DNA of 64,000 bases. Source: Balanoglossus misakiensis (Eukaryota > Animalia > Hemichordata). Each line of letters opens with the position of its first letter. Positions within the stretch are counted from its first letter, which is position 1. Positions 1 to 11,725 of the stretch are shown one piece after another. The stretch spans positions 8,587,778 through 8,651,777 of the forward strand of contig CM082597.2 of the NCBI GenBank assembly GCA_040954595.2, given 5' to 3'. The notes beneath the pieces are model-generated. The model saw nothing but the letters and a program-made list of their open reading frames with translations. It was not told where the DNA came from and did not search any database. The translations under genes were made by a program, and so were the position numbers.

Positions 1-292
1 TGGGAACTTTGACCAACCAACAGAGCAATTTGAGCACTACGCTTGTACATCACTTCTGTCGACACACAGATTGGTTTTAAAAGGTGCCATGGCAACGAAA
101 GTGATATAACAAAGTCAGATTCCACTGTGAGTTCTTCATAAATATTTTACTGATTAACACCCAATCCTTAGGAAACGTTTCCTTTTACTCGTAATTCAAT
201 CCAGGTCCTTCCTTAATGGAAAATATCTATGACTTTAAGTAAGATAATTTTCGCAGCTTAAATCACTGGATAAAATTATTTCATTAACTTAC

Positions 293-366
293 TGTACAAA
301 GACAAGTTATGCAGCCATCTTTGATTGTGTTCATATTCCGTATATACTGACCATCATACAGACAAT
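293..366 (-). CDS. VWC N-half exon, unit 3
   Basis: CLYDGQYIRNMNTIKDGCITCLCT; gcag/gtaagt. Confidence 0.8.
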
Positions 367-1015
367 CTGCAAAGAATTAATAACATAGTGATCACATTAT
401 GAGTAAAAAAACCATTCTGGTCAATCACACTTCAGTCAAGGAGAGTATTATTAAAACAGAAGTTATTTATAACCATTTGCCAAGTGAATGTCTTCAAGAG
501 ATTTGAGATAATGCTAAGCAGCCATGCATGGTTTTCTATATCCACTATATATGTTCAACTCACCTGTAATTCATTAAAGCCCAAGTATTTCTCATGTTTA
601 TCCATTTTTCATCATCGAAAATTGCCTGTTTTTCCCGTACATTCATCAAGGAATACTACATAATGAAGATATAAGAAAGGTTTGGGCATTTGTAGCTATA
701 TGTACATGCAAGCAGTAAATATTGCCCGTAACACTTGAAATGATGCGCGGGTTTGTTTACGTTGCATTCCGTATATCAACAGAGCTCATATTGTAAATTG
801 TATGTAAATTGTATGTGTTAATGAAATAAGAGAACACGAAAATTAATACTTGCAAAACAGTGGCCTCTCTCGATATTGCGAAAATTTCAACTCCCGAAAA
901 TAAAGTGTTTTTCAGTATGTCCGGACTGTGTTGTATGAATAGATGTGTGTAGTAGCTGTTGCTGACCAATTGCACAAGAAATCAAAGACTTTCGAAGCTT
1001 GTTGAAACGACTTAC

Positions 1016-1189
1016 CCTGACATGAGGGACAGCACATATCTTCATCTTGGAATGGAAACATGCAGTTCACCTGACAGCTGATTGGTTGACAGTTGACATT
1101 ACCAGATGTACATGTACACTCACTGCAGCTATCTAGTAATGATGGGAATACAGCACCATCTCTGTGATTTTCACCGCCGTATGTACAAC
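1016..1189 (-). pseudogene. Whole-VWC exon, unit 3 only, acceptor AG>AC
   Basis: CTYGGENHRDG..CSECTCTSGNVNC..MCCPSCQ preceded by ttttttatac. Confidence 0.8.
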
Positions 1190-1827
1190 GTATAAAAAAA
1201 ATGCACGTCACAATTAGTATTTTTATGGCCACTTTCACTTTTGGAGGTCAAGGCTATTCATGACAAGAAATATTCTATTGCCTACATATGTAAGATGCTA
1301 GAAAAGTTAAATGGCGATGATATACAAATGTACATGTGTGCCAAACCAGAATCTCTGGTGGCAAAATTTGTATACAATCAATGGCATGAGGCAGTGTGCT
1401 GTCCTAACAACAGACAAGATGGTGGCAACCATAGTCTGTGTTGGAGATTGGGGAAAAGACAGCAAATTGGGGGGAAAAGGGACAAAAGCACAGTCTACTT
1501 AAACAGTGCACATGAAATATGGAAGGAAGCGAAGGCAGTCCACTATTTGAAAGTGTAGATTGCAAAATTTGCAGAACATTTGGATTGGATGTAATGTTTG
1601 TACACACAAAATTAAGCAGATGAGCATAAGATGATCGTCAAGCTTTAAATGAAACCACCTTTAAGACTGAGATATTTAACAACTTCCTTGCAAATTACAT
1701 GTAAGTCCAACCAACTGAACAAGTCCACCATAACACATCCAAAACATGTAAATTGGATCAGGCACACCATTAGTAACACTTGGACTAGTATTTTGATGAA
1801 AGGGTTAATTTTACTTTTGTGACTTAC

Positions 1828-1936
1828 CATTACAATCTGGGCCACATTGATTTTGTATGACAATTGGATTGTTACATGACTCTGTACATGTGACAGTGGT
1901 ACATCTGACAGTGACAGTGGTTATCTGACCATCAAT
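1828..1936 (-). CDS. VWC C-half exon, unit 3 only (degenerate)
   Basis: IDGQITTVTVRCTTVTCTESCNNP..QCGPDCN; internal repeat and CC>CG. Confidence 0.75.
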
Positions 1937-2269
1937 CTAAAGAGGAAAAATCACAAAGATCTTAGAACGGTTGTGTACAGTTTATATTTCACAAAGTTCT
2001 CCAACTTTGTTCTATGGTTGCTGCAAATGACTACTGTAAAACACTTTATTCTTGCGAGTTGAAATTTTCGCAATATCGAGAGAGGCCACTGTTTCGCGAG
2101 TATTAATTGTCGCGTTCTCTTATTTCATTCACTGCATCGTTATCTTTAAAAAAATTACGCGACCTTTTATTTTCACGCTATTTTGGCTCTCGCGTATTTG
2201 GCGAACTGTGGAGAATTTGACCAATCAGGAAACTTGTTAGACATGTGCTACTGTGTTCTGTGTTGTTAC

Positions 2270-2461
2270 CTGACAAGTACAGCTCTGGCATGGATCATTC
2301 CTTTTAAACCACGTCTGTCCAAATGGATAGCTGATTCCGGAAGCATCTACACATCCTGGTTGGTTGCATGTCGGGCAGCATTGACCGGGCAGGTATGTCT
2401 GAAACTCGATTGCACAGGGAAGTTCTGGACACAGCACAGGTTCACATCCTATTTGTCCATC
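2270..2461 (-). CDS. VWC/VWC exon, unit 3 only
   Basis: DGQIGCEPVLCPELPC..QCCPTCNQPGCVDASG..WFKRNDPCQSCTCQ. Confidence 0.9.
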
Positions 2462-2684
2462 CTGTAATTAAACAATTGCAGATTGCTACTGATACAATAA
2501 GGCCAACATAAATAATTCTTTGTTTTGCGTCTATTCACGAGGTACTAAACTAATGCCAAGTTGCACAATGATCATTTCACAGATGATGCTGAAATCATTG
2601 TGGACATACATGTGCATGGATGGAAGGACAGACAGACCTCTATAGGGGGAACTGGGTTGAGAGGGTGAATAGACATGTACTTAC

Positions 2685-2770
2685 TGAACACCAACAAATT
2701 GTACAGTTCTGATTGGCTGGTTTAAATGTCTCACCACTTTGAAATTCATTACCATCAAAGAAACAACTTG
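2685..2770 (-). CDS. VWC N-half exon, unit 3 only
   Basis: SCFFDGNEFQSGETFKPANQNCTICWCS; weak GAG acceptor, gtaagt donor. Confidence 0.8.
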
Positions 2771-3360
2771 CTCGGAATATACAATAAAAAAGATAACATT
2801 GCAACATAATCAGCAAATGATAGACATTATGGTTAGAAAGACTGTATAGTACCAAATTGAACTCCAATGTACATTGATCACATAATGTAAAACACTTTAT
2901 TTTCGTGAGCAATAAATTTTCGCCAAAATAGTGTGAAAATAAAAAGTCGCATAATTTTTTTAAGATAACGATGCAGTGAATGAAATAAGAGAACGTGAAA
3001 ATTAATACTCGCGAAACAGTGGCCTCTCTCGATATTGCAAAAATTTCAACTTCGAAAATTAAGTGTTTTACAGTAGTAATGCCATGTTTGGACAACCAAT
3101 TCAAAATCTCTACATTATTTTTTCTTCTTCCAATTGCAAAGTAACAACAATATACAGTATGACATTTTATGTTTTACCATTCACTACATATCGTTAGATC
3201 AATCAATCGATTTCTGTCACCTTACATATCTCTTCCAGTAACTGAAGGAGAATCTATTGTAGTAAAGCCTCTAGAGCTGCCACTTTTTGTATTATTTTCA
3301 TGATTTTATTTTCCAGCTTAGATTGGTTCATCTAAATAAGTTTACTCATTGGTATACATA

Positions 3361-4370
3361 GTGTGTTCGTCAGTCGCATCGCGACGATGACCATCTACAC
3401 ATCCTGGGAAGTCCTGTGGGTGCGCAGATGACTGAACAGTCCGATCTGCGCACGTAAAGTTCTTTGACAGTGTGGACAGGGGATGGTGGCAACAGATGGA
3501 GATCTGTTGGCGTTTAGTTTCCGGGCCAGTCTGCGTTGCTCTGCTGCAGTAATCCTGTTCGCTTCGCAGGTACTGGCACCTCCGTGGACATCAGCTCGCC
3601 ATCCGGATCTGTCCTGCGCTGCCTGCTCCCACGTGCCATGACTGATGTTGAAGCCCTTGAGCGCGGCTTTGAGGGTGTCCTTGAAGCGCTTCTTCTGGCC
3701 TACCTTGGAGCGTTTTCCTTGTTCGAGTTCACCATACACTTGCTTTGGCGATTCTGGCATTGACCTCATCATTGATGATGTCATTTCTGGAGAGCGTACT
3801 GCCAAGGTAAGTGAACTTGTCCACCGCATTCAGTCTCTGTCCTTTAATAGTGATGTTCGGTTCTACATATGGTTTTCCTGGAGCTGGCTGATGCAGTATT
3901 TCAGTCTTCTTTGTGCTGATGGTAAGGCCAAAATTGTCGCAGGCATTAGAGAATTTGTCAACACTGTGTTGCATATCAGCTTCAGAGGCAGTGTTAAGGG
4001 CACAGTCATCAGCAAACAGAAAATCATTGATGGTGACAGATTGAACCTTGGTTTTTGCTTGAAGCCTCCTCAGGTTGAAGATTGATCCATCCAAGCGGTA
4101 TCTGATGGTGATGCCAGTGTCTGTGTCTCTGAAGGCATCTGTCAGCATGGCTGAGAACATGAGGCTGAACAGGGTCGGTGCAAGGACACATCCTTGTTTC
4201 ACCCCGTTTGTGACGGGGAACGGCTCTGATGACTCCCCACTTCTGGCCTCCCTTGGAGCGTTTTCCTTGTTCGAGTTCACCATACATCAGTTTCTTTGGA
4301 AGCCGAGAGTCTGGCATGCGCACAACGTGTCCTGCCCAGCGAAGCTGTGACTGCATCAGGGTGGTGTTAA
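3361..4370 (-). mobile_element. Rearranged RTE-clade LINE fragment
   Basis: GVKQGCVLAPTLF, FADD, YLGS RT motifs; QLRWAGHV; C-terminal CPHC..SHLRTH zinc finger; short 3' tail. Confidence 0.9.
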
Positions 4371-4427
4371 TGGATGCTTCATCAATAAACTTGATGACAC
4401 AAAAGATCTAACTACATGTGCGGTTAC

Positions 4428-4601
4428 CTTGACAACTATGACAACAATGTCCAGGGCTGGGCAATGGATGTGTGCATTCATGTTCACATATCTGTTTGAC
4501 ACAAGTTACAATTCCTTCACTACAGGTACAGATTTCACATTTATCAACAGGACTGGTCCATGTAGAATTGTGGTGATATTCTAAATTGTTGAATACACAA
4601 C
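4428..4601 (-). CDS. Whole-VWC exon, local duplicate of 5078-5251
   Basis: CVFNNLEYHHNSTWTSPVDKCEIC..; 650-bp offset. Confidence 0.88.
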
Positions 4602-5077
4602 CTAAAACCAAAAAGATTTGTTTGTATAAACATTCTGTTGAAAAGAAATAATGAAAAACATTATCAGGGTAGATGGTCTTGGAATAAAAAAAATACATGA
4701 AAAATTGCAATTAAATATATGTTGGCACATTTCTTGCTACCTAATTAAACAATATTTTCTTTGTAAACTGTCTGTGTTTGGACATTGCTGAATTCTTAGG
4801 GTCAGGATTAAATTTAACCATCAACAATAATAAGGCTGGGTATATGAAAGATAAAATTTTGTTATTTTAATAGCTGAATGTAATTTTCTTTCAAATTTTA
4901 CCGACCTAGAAATGGATTTAAATATACATATCATTCCATGGTAGCATGAGTTTCTGCTTTACTACAAATTCATTCTCCCAATCCTGACTAGATTTGAGAT
5001 ACAGATAATCCTTATGTAAATGGATTCTTCATCAATAAACTTGATGACACAAAAGATCTAATTACATGTGCGGTTAC

Positions 5078-5251
5078 CTTGACAACTATGACAACAATGT
5101 CCAGGGTTGGGCAATGGATGTGTGCATTCATGTTTACATGTCTGTTTGACACAAGTTACAATTCCTTCACTACAGGTACAGATTTCACATTCATCAACAG
5201 GACTGGTCCATGTAGAATTGTGGTGATATTCTATGTTGTTGAATACACAAC
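5078..5251 (-). CDS. Whole-VWC exon, unit 3
   Basis: CVFNNIEYHHNSTW..CCHSCQ; phase 1-1. Confidence 0.9.
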
Positions 5252-5749
5252 CTATAACACAAAAAGATCCGTTTGGAATCAATTATTCTTTGGAAATAAT
5301 TACCAAGAGCTTTATAATTTTGATTAAAACCCTACCACTACTGGGCGTCATACCCGTTTAGAGTGTCAGGGGCCCTTAAAATATATATGTGCCCTTTTTC
5401 TTCTTAAAGGTATTTTGACTGTCTTGGCATGGCTCTCTAACATACTTAAACACACTTGGCCGTCTGAGCCCCCTGTAAAATGTACCAAATCGCACTGGTT
5501 TGCACTGTATTGGTCTGAGGGTCTTGTATAGGCCCTACTGAGTAACACACACTTGTCAGTCTAACAGGTCTGGGTACCAGGATTCTAGGCACCCTGGTAA
5601 TCAAACCAGATTTAACCGACATGCCAGTGTTAGCGTTAGAGTGGAAAGTTGCCCAACATTGCAACCATCATTATCTTCATACGACCAATCCTCTGAAATC
5701 AATAGGGCTGTATATCACGGAGAAGTATCTGATGGCTTCAATTACTAAC

Positions 5750-5837
5750 CTTTACAATGTGGACAGCATTCACCCACAATTTGTTCTGTATATTGGCATG
5801 GCAATACAGGGAACTGAGTACATGTGATAACATTATT
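5750..5837 (-). CDS. VWC C-half exon, unit 3
   Basis: NNVITCTQFPVLPCQYTEQIVGECCPHCK. Confidence 0.8.
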
Positions 5838-6222
5838 CTGAAATATAACATGACAATTATGGAGAACAAATGAAGTCATTGTGAATAACAATGCATAATG
5901 GGATGCAGGTCTAATGTGTCTAAATAATTGATCCAGAAATCAATAAAAGACAATTTCACAGTTTTATATGATATACTGTAAAACACTTTATTTTCGTGAG
6001 TTGAAATCTTTGCGATATCGAGAAAGGCCACTGTTTTCAGAGTATTAATTTTTGTGTTCTCTTATTTCATTCACTGCATCGTTATCTTCAAAAAAAAATT
6101 ACGCGAATTTTTACTTTCACGCCATTTTGGCTCTCGCGTTTTTCGCGAAAATTTATTGCTCGTGAAAATAATGTGTTTTACAATATACACAATGTGTATG
6201 AGTAACATCAATTGCTCCTTAC

Positions 6223-6305
6223 CTGACATGTACAATTAGTACACTCATCAAGAATCCATGTATCACCAGATGAATATGTAAAATCATGTGGTTGAAAATA
6301 ACACC
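6223..6305 (-). CDS. VWC N-half exon, unit 3 (intact)
   Basis: CYFQPHDFTYSSGDTWILDECTNCTCQ. Confidence 0.87.
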
Positions 6306-6630
6306 CTGTAACAAACCAATTCAAACTTTCATTATAGTCCAGTAATCTTTATGATGACTTTGAGTATAGTCCTATTGTAAGGTTATTTCATTGTCATTGT
6401 AGAAATGACTGTATCCACTGAGCAATATGCTTCAGTATTTGTCCTCGACGCTGCGCATCTCAGACAATACCTCCACTGCACTGTACGATGTACTCGGACA
6501 TAAATCCTGGTACTTTATGAATAACCTTATATTATTTAGGACCATTTATTTCATTTGAATCAAACAGAGTCTAAACATAGCCATACAATATAAAGCATAC
6601 ATGTACATAAATGCCAAATGACATCAATAC

Positions 6631-6764
6631 CTTCTATTGGTTGACATGTTATTCCATCTGTCCTCAACACGAAGCCATCCAGACATCGACACATAAATGA
6701 ACCTCTTGAATTAATGCATTCTTGCTCACACACCTGTAAACCTTCTATAACACATCATTGATGT
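6631..6764 (-). pseudogene. Calcium-binding EGF exon, unit 3, 1-bp deletion
   Basis: 134 nt vs 135 nt in unit 2; GAA>GA in DINEC. Confidence 0.85.
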
Positions 6765-7264
6765 CTGAAATACAACACAAATCAAAGTTACTTGCATGAA
6801 GCCAGAAGATACAAATTATACTTTTGAAGCAGTTTCGTTTCCCTGTTTCTTTCAAGACTTTTGAAACAAGCCTTTGTAACAAGTTTTTGTAGACTATGCA
6901 GTCGTTTTAAAGGTATACAGTCACCTCCAATTTACATACGCCCATACAATCTTTTCATTCAATGCTTCAAGATAACAAAAAATACAAAATGTTGACATCA
7001 TGAACATTCATAACAATCCCGTGGTCACTGTGTTTGTTGGTGCAACCTCGGCTACTTGTACTTCATTTAAAATAACATATGACACAGTAATAGGGTGCAC
7101 TATGCACACAACAGGCACAGCTGTACTGTGCAGAGAGTCTAAGATGTTTGATGTAAATAACACATCAGCTGGTAACCATGATTAATCGTTGATCAAAAGT
7201 TCCTCACTGATTTGCTAGAAGGACAGAAACTTTGCAAAGGACTTATCAAATCTGCTGGGAAGTT

Positions 7265-9007
7265 CCCTTACGAAAGTCACCAAGATGTCACAACCTTGTA
7301 CAAGCTTGCTGCAAGGATGACACAACTTTGAAATGCTAGCTCTTAGCTTGTATAAAGGTTTTACAAGCTTGGATAAGATTACGGCTTAAAATTACAAGCT
7401 TGGATACAGCTTGTGAACCACCCCAGACAAGCTTGTATAATACACACTTGCCACAAGTGTTAAACAAACTTGCAAAACACTGAAAGTTGAGGACTATAGG
7501 TTCTAAAAAAACTTCGGTTCCATGCCGTATACATAGTGTACATGGTCCCATGTTGCCTAGCCCGGAGACCAGGGCGTCGATCTAGAATTTCTTTTCCCCT
7601 ACGCCCTGGTCTCCGGGCTACATGTAGCCTGGCCCCAGACCAGTGTGTTTTAGAAATTCTAAACACTGGTCTGGGGCCAGGCTAGGTCCCATGCATAGAG
7701 TACAAGATCCCTACATTTAATAAAGCATACTTCCCCCCTCCAAAAAAAATGAGTATATTTCATGGTTACTCAAATCCTACTTCAATATTTTTCTTTTATA
7801 AATATCGTCAGTCGATCCTTACTCACAGTCGACCACTGTTATAGCTCTGAGCTCTATTTCCGGTCATGACACGAAAATAGCGTTGTGCGCATGCGCGAGG
7901 TACACCCGCCATATTTTAACGGTTTTCTTGTTGTAAACACTTCTAAGGATTATGTCGCGGTCCCAGTGTTCGTCAGACATGTTTATCATCCACATCCATT
8001 CGGAAAGGGCGATTTTATACCATCAGCGATGCTGCCGTTTTGATGAGTTGATCGTTAAAAGATAGGTAAATCTTTTAGCTAGACTTTGCTGCATGTTGTC
8101 AGTCGCGTCCGTCCATGGTCATTATTGCTTAAATATGGGCGCCGGTTGACCATGTTACGAGTCAGTTCAGTTCCGTTCATGACCATCTCGCATTTAGTTT
8201 TAAACACCAGGCAAATTTACTGTTACTTGGTTGTCTGTACTGTTGGATATTGCAACGAAATGAACTATGTTTGCATTCTTAACCGGGATTGATTTATTAA
8301 TAAACGTCTCCTGACATTATTGCAAGGATATCGCCATGTGTCTAAGCATCCATTTCTTGTGTTTAAATCATGAGTGAACGTGTTCAAATATAGAAGCTGA
8401 TCGTCTTTGTATGTGTATTTAATGGCCAATGATAATTTATTTGCCAGTTGTTTTTCGTAGATGTACGATATTTAATGGTAAAAACTGCAATTTCTCAATC
8501 GTGCTACAACTGGAATGTACACTGAGTCTGAAGCAAAGGCTTTGTCATTGTAAAATCAACATTATTTGGAAATTCTTAAAGCAATTGTAAACAAAATAAC
8601 TGGTGGGAAGTTTTTTCAGATGTAAAAATAACCTTTTATCTAATATTGCTTCATTTATTTTCAAGCAGAGAAAAAGTGTGTTTGTGTGTGTGTGTGGGTG
8701 GGGGGGGGGGGGCAAGAACTGTAAGTTAATATCTAATCCATCCATCCTTGTGGCAAGCTTGGTACATACAGAGAACTGTAAGGTAATATTTTAATCATCC
8801 ACCCTTGTCACAAGCTTGCTGCATCTTTGGTTCTTTAATTGATCCAACCTTCATACAAGTATGTTACCGTTTCACTTCCAACCTTGTCTAACAAGTATGT
8901 AGCCAAGGGTGCAGCAAGTGTGGAATGTTATCGCTCTACATGCTTGGTGCAAGCATGGAAATAGACCATGTGTCAAGGTTGTGACATCTTGGTGACTTTC
9001 GTAAGGG
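7265..9007. mobile_element. Non-autonomous EnSpm/CACTA-like DNA transposon
   Basis: 34-bp perfect TIR CCCTTACGAAAGTCACCAAGATGTCACAACCTTG; 2-bp TT duplication versus empty site at ~26280; subterminal CAAG repeats. Confidence 0.8.
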
Positions 9008-9046
9008 TTGACATCACAAGTCGCCAACAACAAAAACAAAACTTAC

Positions 9047-9130
9047 CCTCATCACACAAATCACCCGTGTAACCAGCAAAGCATTCACATTCTCCACCAT
9101 TGCAGATACCATTTTCACATAAACACACAC
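9047..9130 (-). CDS. EGF exon, unit 3
   Basis: VCLCENGICNGGECECFAGYTGDLCDE. Confidence 0.88.
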
Positions 9131-9513
9131 CTGAGAAGGACAATAAACACATAAACAAAGTAAAACAAACAACAGAATGCGATGATCATAATGATCATGG
9201 TGATATACAATCCAGGTGGTGTCATTTTTTTTTCTATCGATAACCAAAGGCCTTACCCCTTGAAACTAATTTTTCAAAGATTTTCATAAATGCTCGCATG
9301 TCATGCGACCATTGTACACTGTATACGATCAGATTCCCCTACATCTAAAAATATACACTTTTTAGAGTTTTTGTATAGTTGTTCTACATCCTTTTAGAGT
9401 TACATGTGCCAAGATAATTTGCATAAATCCTCGGGTACTTTGCATATTCTAACTCTATGAACACATTTCCTGCTACATTGACTTTCTCACTTTGCATAAA
9501 GTGTGATATTTAC

Positions 9514-9609
9514 ATTTGGAGCAGTCATCTCCACTAAAGCCCTCCTGACAGTTGCAGTATCCTTGGAAACATATTCCATCATTCTTGCAGTCTGGGATGC
9601 AAGGAATCT
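9514..9609 (-). CDS. EGF exon, start of unit 3
   Basis: IPCIPDCKNDGICFQGYCNCQEGFSGDDCSK. Confidence 0.88.
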
Positions 9610-10139
9610 CTGTAAAAACAATCAAAACACATTCAAAAGATGTCTGATGAAATCATACTTTATCAGGTAATACTTAATTCTCCACATACAAATATCACAG
9701 AATCGGAATATTTGATATTTTGATACACAATATCATTATTCTATAGCACCATTTACTGTAAAATAACCAGTTAACAAAATGCATCATGGGCAAAATGTTG
9801 ACTTAACTTATTCTATAGCACCATTTACTGTAAAATAACCAGTTAACAAAATGCATCATGGGCAAAATGTTGACTTAACATTGTCATTAGCATTAGAGTT
9901 TTGAACAGCGATCCATCACATGTTTCAAGTGACATTTCAATGGTCAAAGCTTTGTTGTTGCAATATGCATACACAACTTATGAAAGTTTTCACCTTTTTG
10001 ATGACAAGACCAAAACATTCAAAGTCCCAGTTGCTCTAACTTTTAGCTATTTTTTTCACAGTATTTACAACTTGCATCATAGGGAGTTTGTTTTGATGCC
10101 CTACCCACTGTTTCACACAATACCTGTGTATCTGTGTCA

Positions 10140-10347
10140 TACTGTAAAACACTTTATTTTCGCGAGTCGAAATTTTCACGATATCGAGAGAGGCCACTGT
10201 TTCGCGAGTATTAATTTTCGTGTTTCATTTCATTCACTGCATTGTTATCTTCAAAACAATTTACTAGACTTTTTATTTTCACGCTATTTTGGCTCTCGCG
10301 TATTTTGCGTAAATTTATTGCTCGCGAAAATAAAGTGTTTTACAGTA
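10140..10347. mobile_element. Tc1/pogo-like MITE (TA-CTGTAAAACAC...GTGTTTTACAG-TA), representative of >15 copies
   Basis: TIRs with TA flanks; other copies near 2032, 2884, 5974, 15397, 18797, 21158, 24989, 28157, 34472, 39155, 39835, 40337, 47324. Confidence 0.85.
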
Positions 10348-10675
10348 GTTAAGAAGTATACAATGTATGCAAATTTAGCCACAGTTACCATGGAAAGTTG
10401 AGACATGGCCAATCAGAGATTTTGCCAACACACTTTTTACCACTTAAGGGTATATTTCACACCACTTCTGTACCTTGCATTGTTGATGAATTATTGTTTT
10501 CAAACTTCATTACAACAATGTGCTCTCCGCCATGAATGTGCACCTTTAACCCTTTCACCACATGGTTTGATCCAAAGCCACTGTTTCCTGTGACAAAGAT
10601 GGACCTCAATACAGGGATACAGGGGTGAGAGGGTTTAAACATCTGGCAAATATAGTCTAGTAAATATAGGGCTAG

Positions 10676-11484
10676 ACCCACCACAAATTGCAACAGAATT
10701 TTTTTCTTCAGAATATACTTTGGAGAGGTGTCTAGAACAACATATTAAAAATGCACCCTATCCACCTTGTGGAAATATGTCTAATTTGCATAAATTTAAA
10801 TATTAGAGATTTTGGGGCCAAATATCAAGAAATAAACGCTTTTTTCCATGATTTTAAAGTTTAAAAACTATTTCATGTTCATGACAAAACATTTTGGAAT
10901 AATATTTGACATGGGCAGTTTTCATAATTTGCATAAATTCAATATGGCAGACAGTATTCCTAAAAAACATATTTGGGCTATATATTGGATACTTAGTAAG
11001 CTATTTTAGTGTTTTTAATTCAAAATTTCCTCTATGACATTTGAAACAATGTTAAAAATATCTTGTTTACATTTACACTTTATATTTTGCATAAATCCAA
11101 TATTTTTTTCAAAATTGTTCCAAATGTCATAGAGGTAGTTTTGAATAAAAAAAACACTAGAATTGCTTGCGTATTACCCGATATACTGCCCAAATATGTT
11201 TTTTTAGGAATACTGTTCACCATATTGAATTTATGCAAATTATGAAAACTGCCCATGTCAAATATTATTCCAAAATGGTTCTTCATGCACATGAAATATT
11301 TTTAAACTTTAAAAACATGGAAAAATCATGTTTATTTCTTGATATTTGGCCCAAAAATTATTAAATTTATGCAAATTAGACATATTTCCACAAGGTGGAT
11401 TCGGGTGAATTTTTGATATGTTGTTCTAGACACCTCTCCGAAATATATTCTGAAAAAAAAATTCTGTTGCAATTTGTGGTGGGT
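10676..11484. mobile_element. Foldback/palindromic MITE, internally deleted copy
   Basis: ~400-bp inverted arms ACCCACCACAAATTGCAAC...GTTGCAATTTGTGGTGGGT flanked by TAG/TAG. Confidence 0.8.
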
Positions 11485-11548
11485 TAGGTGCCCAAATCTC
11501 GTAGATTTACTAGACTAATAGGTGATCGTAATATTGATTTGTACTCAC

Positions 11549-11725
11549 CACAGGACGATTTCTCCAGTCCAGCACAATCCCCTTCCTCCTGGCTTCATAG
11601 GCATAGGCAAACAATACATCACATAGACACTTTTCATGCACAGGATATGCACACATATCAGACAAACACAATTCATAGAACGGAGCTGGGTTTACTACAC
11701 CATGGGCTGGCCGAAATAATGGTCC
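11549..11725 (-). CDS. C8 module exon, unit 2
   Basis: FRPAHGVVNPAPFYELCLSDMCAYPVHEKCLC... (C>Y relative to unit 1). Confidence 0.85.

Noticed and set aside
1186-1827. U12-type AT-AC intron
   Set aside because: The donor is GTAAGT rather than ATATCCT and no U12 branch site is evident.
7000-7215. Possible exon between EGF2 and cbEGF
   Set aside because: All minus frames contain stops and lack domain motifs or a clear donor.
9736-9880. 72-bp tandem doublet (also at ~27752-27897) and small doublets near 19223 and 20034
   Set aside because: Ordinary intronic slippage duplications with no sign of function.
9901-10401. 166-aa plus-strand ORF (twin at 27918-28418) and many similar EIFAISREATV/HFIFAS ORFs
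   Set aside because: Chance read-through of the TA-flanked MITE family; the twins reflect the segmental duplication.
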